Shown here piece after piece: positions 1 to 11,400 of a stretch of 64,000 bases of DNA. The notes below the pieces were generated by a model that ran no database searches, had not been told where the DNA came from, and was given only the letters and a program-made list of their open reading frames with translations. The stretch is from Laetmonice hystrix (lineage: Eukaryota): the NCBI GenBank assembly GCA_965235115.1, contig OZ249436.1, positions 34,970,001-35,034,000 of the forward strand, written 5' to 3'. A program made the position numbers and the translations under genes. Position 1 is the first letter of the stretch. Each line of letters starts with the position of its first letter.

Positions 1-1
1 G

Positions 2-3000
2 TCTTCAATTGCATTAAAACATACTCAAAGGGAGACAGGGGGAGTCATTATTCCAAGTAACATCAATCCACATGTTTTCACAAGCTTCTGTTGGGACAAT
101 ATTGATCTCAACGAACAGACCTTAAGTGGAAGTAACACCACTCACTGCACGAACGGGATCCTTGTTCAACGCCGTGTTCACACATGCGAGCCCGCAACAG
201 GTCAACAAGAAGGAAGTCAGCTGCAGATGGAGACAACTGCTGAGGTCCCTGGTTTCATGCCATATATTCACAGAGCTAGAAAGGGCCCAGGAATACTGAA
301 TGTTGACTTCCAAATATGCTCAAGTCTGAAGGAAGCTTTCAGTAAACCAAAAGAGATAGATTTTGCCTGGTTCCTGCTAAGACTACCCGTGAAATCTGGC
401 AACCTCTTCACTGTCTCTTCGCCTCTTGATGATCAGCAGCAAATGATTCCAGGTGTGTTCTCTTCCTTCTAGTTCCTTGGAGGGCCCCCTACAGTTATTT
501 TCTCGTGAATATACTGTGCATTGTTACTCTCACCTATGGATGAAGGTTGCTTAATTATCAGTCTATCCAGTAACCCAGCATATTACTGATGGTTTCCTTA
601 ATTCCAATCCTACAATAAGAAATAATGGAATTATTAAGTACAACTGTAGATAATTGCCATGAATACACACATTATGCTTGTCCAATGGAGGGGCAGCTAT
701 GTAGAACAAAGAATAAGTTTCATGTCCCACGAATATCTTCGAACAGAACAGACTTTTAACTAAGGGGCTGGTTCCTCAGTCGTGAAAGGCCTAAGTACTA
801 CTATTACTTAGGCAAGAAATCATCCAAAAACGTTACTTAAGTTAACCGTTCCTCATTCGCGCTAAGATGTGCTGAGCCTATCTTAACCATTACTTGCCTA
901 AGTCAGGTGCGGAGGTTACCAAACAGTCACCGGGTGCAGAGCTGACCGGCACCATGAGCAAAGCGGCCCGCGTGACTCTTTCGACGACTGAGGAACCTAT
1001 TTTGGGGAATGAGCACTGCCCAGCTTACTTGTTACTCAGCCAAGTCGTACTTAGGCGCACGACTGAGGAACCGGCCCCTGGTCTATAATCGGATGTTAAT
1101 AAAATCTCTTATTTCAGGCTGGAGTCCATTTAATGCTCGGGTACAGCATAACCAAAGTGTGCCAACATCCAATGTGGGATACTGCCAGACTATTGATTCA
1201 AGTCCAACAGAACTAAGCACAGTACATACAATCTTGCAACGGTCACTGGTCATGGGCAATCAGCTCGGACAGGAAGACGTCGTGGTGGTCATGGATCAGG
1301 CCATTTATTGCAAAGCCAAGCAAATCATTTGGTCAGCGCCTGGTGATTACAGAAGGGTTGTTCTCCGTATGGGAGCTTTCCACATTGCATGCAACTTTCT
1401 TGGAATTCTAGGGCAGCGTTTTGGTGAAGCAGGCTTGCGGGATCTGCTAATCGAAAATGGCGTTGTGGCAGCTGGATCCATTGGATGCGTACTGAATGGA
1501 CACCAATACAATAGAGCAGTTAGGGCCAACAAGGCAGTCTATGAAGCACTGCTGAGGATCAAGTGGTCAGACTTCGGATCCTGGTTGGCTGCGAATCCTG
1601 ACATTCCATTTGACCAAGAAGCACTTTGTACCCTTCTGGGGACATTTCAAGATGGCTTCTCATCTGAGGAGATTAAAGATCTGCTTGATTCCCCAAATTT
1701 CAAGCATGCGCTAGCAGCTTACAAGAGGTACACAGCTACTGATCGCGGACCAATGGCTGCCTTCTGGGAATCCTACCTCACTATGTTTCAGCTCTTCCTT
1801 AACTTCATCAGATCTACAAGAGAAGGAAACTGGGCCCTCCACAAAGCATGCCTCCGGAACATGCTTCCTTGGATGTTTGCATATGACCACACTAACTATG
1901 CGAGGTACCTGACTGTCTACCTCTGGGATATGTTGCAACTTCGGGAAGCTCATCCCATAGCTGATGAATATATGAATCAGGGCGAATTTGCTGTGCAGCG
2001 TTGTGAAGCTCATGCTTTTAGTCAAGTTCCTGTCGACCAAACCATTGAACAAACAGTGAACAGGGACAGTAAGACACCTGGTGGCATCATAGGCTTCAGC
2101 CTGAATAAATCAGCTATGCATAGGTGGATTCTGACAGCACATGACAGAGCTGCCATCACACAGAGTTGTAGACGTATGGCAGGCTTGAACACTGAAGAAT
2201 ATGGCCGACACAAAGAAGACACGAAGCCTAGAATAAAACAGGACGAAGAATGTGTTGCACGTCTCGTTAAGTATCTGATAGATCAGACCAATCCATTCCA
2301 GCCTTCCACAGATCTCATCAGTGTCACCTCTGGCATCGTAGCACCAGAAGACATCACTCGTGACCTACTCCAAGCTGAGGCAAAAGGGGAAGAAGCACTG
2401 GATAAATTCGTGAAGTCACGTCTCAATAAAAATGACGTTGATTTCTTTGATCCCCTCAAGAAGCTAAATCTGAAAAGATTCAGTAAAACAGCCAACTCTA
2501 AGTCGAAAAAACCAAAAGAGTCCATGCAGGCCGACCTTGACTTCTTTGCAAGATCCTTAGTCATAGCACAGAACAGACGGCTTGATCTCCGTGAGGTTTT
2601 CACGTATGAACTGAGACAGTTTCCACCTTCTTTGGCATCACCAGATGGGGGACTGTGCAAAACAGCCAAATCGAAGTTGGCCCAGCTTCTGGAGATGAAA
2701 ACAGTTTCTTCTCTCCAGACACCCAAAGGATCCGTCTTCATTATGGATGGAATGGCCTTCCTACACACTCTGAAACAAATGCCTGACACCTTCAGAGAAC
2801 TTGCAGACAGAATCTTGACGTTACTCTTCAGACAGGCGAACAACTTTGGTCAAGTTTCTCGAGTGGACTTCGTTTGTGACAGGTATGAGGATGTTTCAAT
2901 CAAAAACATGGAAAGGAGTCAGCGCTCAGCCTCTCTCAGTGGCGTCTTCCAAGTGAAGATATCAAATCCATCTCAGAAGTGTCCACAGCAATGGCAGAAA

Positions 3001-4035
3001 TTCCTTGCAGACGAACTAAACAAAAAGGAACTCATTAGGTTTCTTTACAAGGAATGGCAGACAAGTAAATATGTCAGTGTTCTGGAAGACAAGGAACTTT
3101 TCCTCACTGTTGATAAAACCTGTCACAGGCTAACATCCCTTGGTGACAACATTCAGGACGAAATTATGTCTACCTTGCATACTGACCAAGAAGAAGCTGA
3201 TGGGCGATTGTTTCTTCATGCCCAAAATGCAGCACAAAATGGACATCAAACAATTATCATCAGAAGCCCTGACACCGATGTTGTAGTCTTAGCTCTCCAT
3301 CACCAACAGCAAATTAAGTCAAACTTGTTTCTTGTCACTGGAGCACAACAGAAACAACGTGTTGTTGATATCAAGAGTCTTGCTGATGCATGGGGTCAGG
3401 GCGTGTGCAAGGCCCTGATAGGACTCCATGCATTCACTGGGACGGACGCCACAAGTGCCTTTTGTGGTAAAGGTAAAAAAGTTGCCTTTGATTTGCTCCA
3501 ACGGGATGAGGTGGCAGTGAGGGCATTTCAACAACTGGGAGAGTCACTTCAAGTTAGCACTGAACTCCTGAACTTGTGTGAGGAGTTCACTGCTCATCTG
3601 TACGGAATTGACCACCTTGACAGTATCAGTGAGGCCCGGTTTCTTCTATTCTGCACAAAAGGTCATCACCAATCACAGCAGCTTCCCCCAACACAAGACG
3701 CACTCGTACAACACACGAAGCGGGCTAACTATCAAGCAGCTATCTGGAAGCGTGCAATGCAATCTAGGGCCCATATACCAAGTCCAGATGGCCATGGATG
3801 GACTGTCCGAGATCATGCTCTGTCCATTTATTGGACACAGAAAGTCACTGCACCAAAGGAACTCATGGAGTACATCTCATGTAAATGCAAAACTCCCTGC
3901 ACTTCCAGGCACTGCTCTTGTAAAAGATCCAACCTGACATGTACGTATGCATGCCACTGCCCAAGAGACTGCACGAACAAAACTATGAATCCAACTCTGA
4001 AAAATCTCGAGGATGACAGTGAGAGCGAGGAATAA
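2..4035 (+). CDS. Academ transposase-XPG nuclease fusion, 5'-partial; exons <2..452 and 1118..4035
   Basis: The frame from position 2 reads ...FCWDNIDLNEQTLSGSNTTHCTNGILVQ...QQMIP. Donor CCAG|GT at 452/453 and acceptor TTTCAG| at 1117/1118 join in phase to give IPGWSPFN. Transposase motifs: WDNID, MDQAIY, MGAFH, HTNYARY, DQTIEQ. XPG/FEN PIN-like motifs: DGMA, VCDRY, QEEADGR, SPDTDV, TGTD. C-terminal CKCKTPCTSRHCSCKRSNLTCTYACHC. No stops or frameshifts. Confidence 0.88.
763..1079. mobile_element. MITE (Harbinger-like ends) in the transposase intron
   Basis: 22-bp TIRs AGGGGCTGGTTCCTCAGTCGTG (763-784) and CACGACTGAGGAACCGGCCCCT (1058-1079), 1 mismatch. No clear TSD. Confidence 0.75.
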
Positions 4036-4264
4036 AATAATCAAGTCTAGTCAACGACTCATCTGCTGCCAGGCTTCCCAGTTTTCCTGCTGTCAGTTGC
4101 CATTGCAGTGGCCTGGTCGGTAGCAGCTGGTGATGCTGATCTGGCATGCCATAGCTACTTCTAGTTGCCCACTGTTCCTGAAACCGATTCTGGCCCCTGC
4201 CTCATTGAAAGACACGGCCACGTGGTCTGCCTCTAATTAATGAAGTGCCGGATGAGCCCTGATG

Positions 4265-5704
4265 ATTACCATGGCAACGAGATAAAGTAACATTTTGTAG
4301 GGTGTGGGTGGGTGTTTGGAAAGACTATTGCTAGGCAACGGGATGGAATTGTCAAATATCAATATACTGTAATTCTTTGCACCTACTATTTTTATAGGTT
4401 TGATATAGATTAGTTATCATTATAATACCGGTCACTAAGAACGTATTCAAAAATAATTGGTTGCTAGGCAACAGAATCCAAACATGATACATCCTGACAA
4501 ATGAAGCATTCGACATTTCCTCAAAATGTCTTATCCTCAAAGTACCCTAACTTAAGAAGCTGTATGTTCTTAGAAACTGTGCTAGTAGACCAGGCTAGAA
4601 TGTTGCATATAGCATGATCTGCCAAAAAGGAGTGGTTCTAACAAGGTTGTTCTATTGTTACCATGGAAACCATACAGACTAATTTTCAGATACTTTACGA
4701 AAGAGACGTGTACATATATACACTTACAATGCTTTAAAAATGGAAGAAATAGCTAATACCTAATGCTAGGAAAATCGATGGCCCAATAGTCACCAATTTT
4801 GGAGTTTATTGGTTACCATGGCAACAATATAATGTTAAATTTTGTGTATGTGTGTGTTTTTGTAATGTACCCTCTGAGCTTTTCCATACAAGCTATCATT
4901 ATGTCCTGATCCCCCTTAACTGTCTTCACTATGTTGAAATAACTTGACACCCCAAAGTATGGTGTAAAATATAATATTAAGATTGTTTCATTGTTACCAT
5001 GGAAACCAAGCAGAATAATTTTTACCTCCTATGTGATTCAGGTTAAAGACAAGGGTACATATCAGAATAACCATAGAAGTTAAACAAATATATGATACTG
5101 TGGTTACTGGGGAGACTGAAGAAACTATTTTCCCCATGTTCTCCAGATTTATACAGTTTATTAGTTACCATGGCAACGAGATAAAGGAAAAATCCTGTTT
5201 TGTTAATTTTGTAAAAAACATTCTCTGAGCTCTTTCATATGAGATATCTCGTGCACAGATACCTAAATAAATGACTCTGGTGTGTTGAAATATCTTAAAT
5301 CTTCGGCCTCCCTACAATATCGAGTGGAACTGGAGTTTGGCACTGTTACTATGGAAACGATCGACCTCAATTTCCATTTCATATGTTATTCAAATTCCAG
5401 ACATATGCATCTGTCAAACTGCATGTGTAGACATGAAGCATTTATAACACTCCGGTTCCTGTGGCAACTTACAAAGTAACAATTCATCAAAAATCACCAA
5501 ATTGAGAGAGTTTACTCGTTACCATGGAAACCGGATAACCATGACAACAAAAAAATTGTATTTTCTGGAATGTACTCTGTAAGCTCTTTCATATGAGCTA
5601 TCACGCAATCTATTCTGTGGATTATTCGCTTCTAGGCAATACAAAATATCAGTTTTCCCTAAACTACCTAAAATACAGAGGTTGGTTTTTGTTACCATGG
5701 AAAC
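4265..5704. repeat. Subterminal degenerate ~350-bp repeat carrying GTTACCATGG(C/A)AAC palindromes
   Basis: Motif or close variants at 4265, 4327, 4460, 4657, 4812, 4993, 5164, 5345, 5518 and 5691. Surrounding blocks recur at ~4790, ~5140 and ~5495. Confidence 0.85.
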
Positions 5705-6994
5705 AGTGCAGTTGTGGGTAATTGCCGACCAGATAACTGTCGGAAATAAAAAATTGAGGATTTTTCCTGCAGTTTTGTACCAAGAAAGTGAGCTAACAAG
5801 GGGGGGTCCACGAAATTGAAAAACTAGGGCCTTTTTCAGCCCTCATGTGATAGACTATATGATCCGTGCGATAAGAGTGATCGAATCAAGGTAGCCTGTC
5901 AAACCGTTACACGCCCCCATTGAATCGTCACACCCGGTTTTGTGTGACGGTTTGAACTTTGACTTCTTTCATTTTACGGAATTGTGATGGTTCATTTTGA
6001 CGACTTGACTCTCATGTTAAGCGTTATGTTGAACACCCTTGTGTTGAATCGAGTCAAACAAGGCAAATAATACGGCAAATCCATACTCAAAGTGGTTCAA
6101 TATTATGAGCCAGGGCGACTCCCAGCCCGCGGATCGCCGGGCCGCCCTAGCTGTCCCCACCGGGAGCAACCGTGCGGCCCTGCAGAGCTGTCGCAAAGTG
6201 GCCGGGTCATTTTATTCGATTCATCTATGTTTGGTCAAAGTTGTTAACATAACAACAACTTTATAATGATATCTGGTCTATATGAGTTTACTAACACCAT
6301 TATTAGAGGCTCTAACCACTATATATATAAGGGACTCAATTTCGGCCGGCATCTCACTACCTGTGCCAGTCATGTGTCATTGCGCACTGGGGCGATACAT
6401 GGAATCCATGTATATCAATGCGTCGAGGGGTGTCCGAGCACAACTACAGCGAAGCGACCGGAAGTTGGGCCGAGGTTTTCCGAATGGTCCTAGGCCATGT
6501 AAGGCGTCACATGAGGTCCCATATAGAATCTGTCCCCGACTTCACAGTAACGTAATGGAGCTCACTAGGAACCTTGACGTTTGATAGCAAACTGTAAAGC
6601 TAGCTCCTGGCGAAAAAAATAATCAAAATAAAGAACACTTTTTGGACTGATGAATGGGTGATCCTGTAAGGTTTTCTTACTCTGAACCTTTTCTTGGTAT
6701 TTAAAAACGCCATGAAATTATGCAACTAAGCAAAGAATTCGTCAATACTGTAAAACAACCCGGTACTATGCTGCTATGCCCTTATTGCTAATAGTGAATA
6801 CTGATATGCGTCCTTATGTAAATACATTGGGAAGTAGGACGATAAACTCAACATAAACAAACAACAAAACCGAGCGCAGAAAAAATAAAACACTCAAAAA
6901 CATCTTTCCCTTGGTCTTTTTTTCAAGGGGGGGGGGGGTTCTTTTAACTCGTATAAAGTAGGTGGGTTGCGCCCCAGATGCCGAGCAGGGGCAG

Positions 6995-7076
6995 GTGTGT
7001 CAGGCTGAAGGGTTCTGCAGCGAGGCGTTCCCCGCAGGGCTGGGACCAAGCTGCTTCATGAGGCCTACCCACACAC
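6995..7076 (-). promoter_or_regulatory. Candidate SECIS element (type 2, apical CC in place of AA) in the MsrB1 3'UTR
   Basis: Minus strand: helix I GTGTGTGGGTAGGC/GCCTGACACAC; core ATGAA (7059-7055) opposite AGAA (7016-7013); helix II GCAGCTTGGT/GCCTCGCTGC; apical CCC, then a CCCTGCGGGG mini-hairpin. It lies downstream of an in-frame TGA gene on the same strand. Confidence 0.65.
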
Positions 7077-8466
7077 TGCACCCACCCACAGGCGAGGGGC
7101 GCCCACCTACTGTACTGCTGTGGGCCTGTTAACACAACCATCTCATCAACGTCTAACATTTTCATGCATAAAACCTTTACAAAATTCAGTTTGCAATGCC
7201 TGAGAAAAAATCAACTGTACTTGGAAAAAAACAACTCTGAAAACCATTTCTTGTCTGACTGGGCAACATATAGAATGTATATACTAATCTACTTGCAATA
7301 CTTATTATTTTTGAAGGGAAGCGCTTACCGTTATGTCAGTTGTTTTTTTTTTTTTTTTTTTTTTTTGGGGGGGGGGGGGGAGTTATTTTCTGGAAGGGCT
7401 GGATGCTATACTTACATAACACACAAGTAACCAGGCATTTTTTGATGACATTATAATGGCCCATGACCAGAACTGTGTTATTATGTTCTGGCTATCCTGA
7501 TTCTCCCAAACAAAAAGAATGTAGTACATTCGTTAATGTTCCTTGAGTGATTGTGAACTTGTTTCCAAGGTTCACGTTAGGCCTTTGATCCAGTTGCTAA
7601 GATTCTTCAACAATTTATCAAGTTATGAGGACAAGTTATTATATTAAGGCACGCCTTGAGATATACCTCGGTAGATGTAATGATCATGGTATATAGAATT
7701 TCAAACATTACATATGACAAAGTACTTGTCGACAACATGCAATATTCGACTTCAGAAAACGTGGTTATTGTGTAAATCATTGAATCAGGACTGCTATAGT
7801 TACCTATATCAATCTAATAGTAATACTGTAATGGCGTGGATTTAACAAAATGAATGTCTTCAACCTCCATCAGTCACTGAACAGGTGCCATTACTTGCCT
7901 TGAGGGCTCCTTTTCCCTAGGACCTCTCTAACAGCCTGCATTTTGCAAGACACAATGACTCAGCTGCATTATTTTTGAGGCTGACCAAACTATTGGACTA
8001 TACTCCTAATAGTAGTCAGAAACTACCATTCATATATTACCCGATTCCCTGACAAGCTGGCCTTCACAAAGAAAATAATATTGTTGGCACTGGTGCACAA
8101 TAAACCAACACACTTCAGGCTGAGAACTTTCTACTGTAGGCTAAGTATAACCAGGGATGTTGAAACAATATGGATGAAACCAAAGTACTGCATGTGAGCA
8201 CGAGTTCTCATATATCATGGTAGGTGTTATCTGAGTATTACATGTACATATAGTATGTATTCATGCCTCCGAGTGATGCAGTAGTATTGTCATTGTATCT
8301 ATACTGTTGTCTAAGTCACCAAGGAAAGCCAAAGTCTCATGCATGACGACAGACTGAACCTATGCTTGCCAGGTTCTGGATGAAATGGCTCTGTACAGGC
8401 GACACTGCACTCATACAGTCTTCAATCACAGCAGGATGAAAGAGCTGATATAATACACAACTCCCT

Positions 8467-11400
8467 CTATTGTTCAATCTTGCGATCTGAAAATAACAGA
8501 GAATTCTCTTAATGTGTGTTGGAAAAATTCCAATTAACATTCTCAAGAATGTATCGGATTTATTCGGGTTTTACAATTTAAGCATCCATTTATTTGGAGT
8601 ATGACATTACAACTTATTACCTTTGTGAGGCGGTCAGCTGCTGCTATATAGAATTAAAGCGACAACCATTTGAAGCACACTCTGAGAATCTACTTGGCCA
8701 TTGTTTATTGCATAGTATAAGAATTGTAAATATGGTGTGCATACGTGTACATACCTTTAGTCGAGACAAACTTGAGGGAGTCACTGAATATTCAGAATCG
8801 TGACTGGCCTTCGCGAGGACCATCCCCCAGAAATTCATGTCCTAACCCGTTGTCACACTTCCCACAGCGCACCTGAAAGAGAACCCTGAAATCACTGTGT
8901 GTCTCGTTGGGATCATACACGGATGTATGGATGATTTGGTATTCTTGTGTTGAACATACAATTACAATATATATATATATATATGTATGCTAGTTTACGA
9001 TCTTGCAAACTAGCTGTGCCTGTAACACAAGTGTTGACTCATGCACTTATTCCTCCTGCATGGGGATCTCCCCAGGATATGGCAAAGTACTCATGACCAA
9101 ATCAGTTGATTTTCAATGAAAATGAACAGAATGCTACATCTATTTTTCCTTTCTTTATTTAAATGTGAACTCTAAGAGTAGGATGACACACACAGAGTAA
9201 AAGAAATCCTACCCATAGTGTACTTTAAGTGTTGTAATTAAGTGAACAACTTGAACAAGAATTGCAATGGGTATAGCCGTGCGAAGTGTATATTGTGTAA
9301 CAAATCATTTCTAATTTAATTTGTCCAATAAAAATTTCGGTTATTAAGAATACATAAGGCATTAATTTGATATTCTGGGCCTGTTGTACAACTTGTCCTT
9401 CACTTGTTCCATTAGATGGACAAGGAAGATCTTCTTCTGGAACTAGTCAAATAATGCTAAGGTTCTAAGCATCAAGGTCCTACATCTGAAAGTTATACTA
9501 GAGATTTCAGGAATTCATTTACCTTGTATACGTTTGCACCCTCTTGGTATTTGGCCAAGCTGTCTTCATGAAGTGGCTCAGTAAAGGCTGGCCATGGTGA
9601 TGAATGCTCATATTTTCCTCGACTTGAAAACAACTCATGCCCACAGTTTGAGCATAAGTATACACCTTTCAACCCAAAAAAAGAAGACAATAAGTATTTT
9701 TCTGTGTATAAGCCACACTTTCTTCCTTCTCAAACTAATCATAAATCGGAGGTGTAACTTACGGTATACATGGCCATGTGTCTGAAGACGGCCTATAAAA
9801 AAGTTAGTTTGACAGGATATTATGACTAGGTCCCTATAGGTTCCAATGGGAACTGGCCTGCTATATACCAATTTGAAAAGCTGTTGTTTTCCCTGAACAC
9901 AAATTATATATAATACAATGTATATGATGGATTCCAAAAATAAAGGTGTCATATTGTTTTCAATGCCCAGGGAAAGCAACAGCCAAATAACACTTATACT
10001 TTTTTTGATGGTTTTTAAATGGTTGTACAAAAAAGAATACAGTACTTAGCAACCTGCTTAGGCGACCACCTTTGGGACTGAGCTTTTTTTGGTCGCATAG
10101 CGAGGTGCTCGCCTCCACGAGCGACACCTTATATGGGGTAAAATCGTTTGTTCATTGAGAGCTAGGGCTGGGACGATTCATCGATACAATTGTGAATCGC
10201 GATATTTTCACGGAATGATACGATTTACGGTTCAAAAGCTGTGAATATGTATCGATATGTTAATATTCTTTATATGTTATCAAAAAGGCATTAAAACATG
10301 ATAAAAAGTGATAGAAATCTAACGAAAGCTGTGGCCCGTGGTGTCATACTGACATTCGGCTCAGTCACAATCAGGGTACCCAGTGGTTTGCAAATTGGTC
10401 CAATTTTTTTTTTCCTCAAATAGGAGTAAGTCATACAATGATTTTTGCAGAAATGTGTCAGGATTCAAATATAACAAACCCTGTGAAGCATTCGCACTCT
10501 GTTTTCGAGATACCAGGTTTCGAATAACATGTGTCCCATGGGGGTACGGACAGGACAGGGCTGCCGACAAACCAAATTCAGATCGTCAAATGACCAAGAG
10601 GGCTCTTGAACCAGATGTCAAACCGTGTTCAATCTGATCTCAGACCTACCAATACCATCGGGGCTTATGTTAAGAACAAATGGCAAGCCGAATTGGATGA
10701 ACAACCAAACAATAAATTGTATCAGATCAGTCCCGTCGTGAACCAAAGGTATCATCACGGCCTGACCCAATGTAGACATGAAATTGTTTTTACTCGATGC
10801 AGGATTGGTCATTCTAGATTAATCCACGTGTTTTTATTGAAGGGGAGCCACCTCCAGAATGTTATGGCTGTCAGTGTCCTTTGACACTGAAGCATCTTTG
10901 ACTTGAGTGTGGTGATTTTACTCTGATCAGACAACGGTTTTATAATGAGACAAGTCTTAAGGACCTTTTTAGCAATGTCAGACCAGTATGTGATTTTAGA
11001 GTTTTTGCCAGAGGCTGGACTTCTCACTCTTTTATAGTTCAGGCTCGTCGATAGCCCTGTTGGGCTGACAGGATTGAGTTTGTTTCAATTCCCGTTGGGG
11101 CCCGGGATAAAATGGGTTCTTTTCACTTTATGGTCTTTTAACCCTGTTTTCGCCATGAAGATGACCCCGGGTGCCGACACGGCGGAAAACCACCACTACT
11201 CACTCACTCACTCACTCACTGCAATATATATGCAAACAGAAACTGATTATGTTCACACATCCTTCACTTTAAATAATGTCCTGTCCGTCCCCCCTTCATT
11301 ATTTTCGGGTTACAGTGCTGCCTATTAAATTAAAGCAGAAATCAGATAGCTTTTAAATTTCTGATTGTTATACATATAATGTAGCAAGTATTGCAAATTA

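Larger units (their letters stand above)
1..5857 (+). mobile_element. Academ (AcademX-type) DNA transposon, 5' end outside the window
   Basis: Encodes a fused transposase/XPG-like nuclease/Cys-rich protein, followed by ~1.6 kb of subterminal repeats ending ...CTCATGTGATAGACTA at 5857 (reverse complement starts TAGTCTA, fitting YR..YR Academ termini). The left TIR and TSD cannot be checked here. Confidence 0.8.

Noticed and set aside
1009..1117. N-terminus of the 1008-aa ORF (MSTAQLTCYS...)
   Set aside because: It lies in the intron and MITE; the real frame splices in from the upstream exon ending at 452.
4265..5704. CRISPR-like reading of the regularly spaced palindromes
   Set aside because: Eukaryotic context, 14-bp motif, ~160-bp mutually related spacers and no cas genes.
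7013..7050. GGTCCCAGCC resemblance to the HDV ribozyme
   Set aside because: The remaining P1/P2/L3 elements are absent; SECIS geometry explains the hairpin better.
7111..8466. Several ATGA/GTGA candidates for a canonical SECIS nearer the MsrB1 stop
   Set aside because: None gave a paired helix II closed by a 3' GA when checked by eye.
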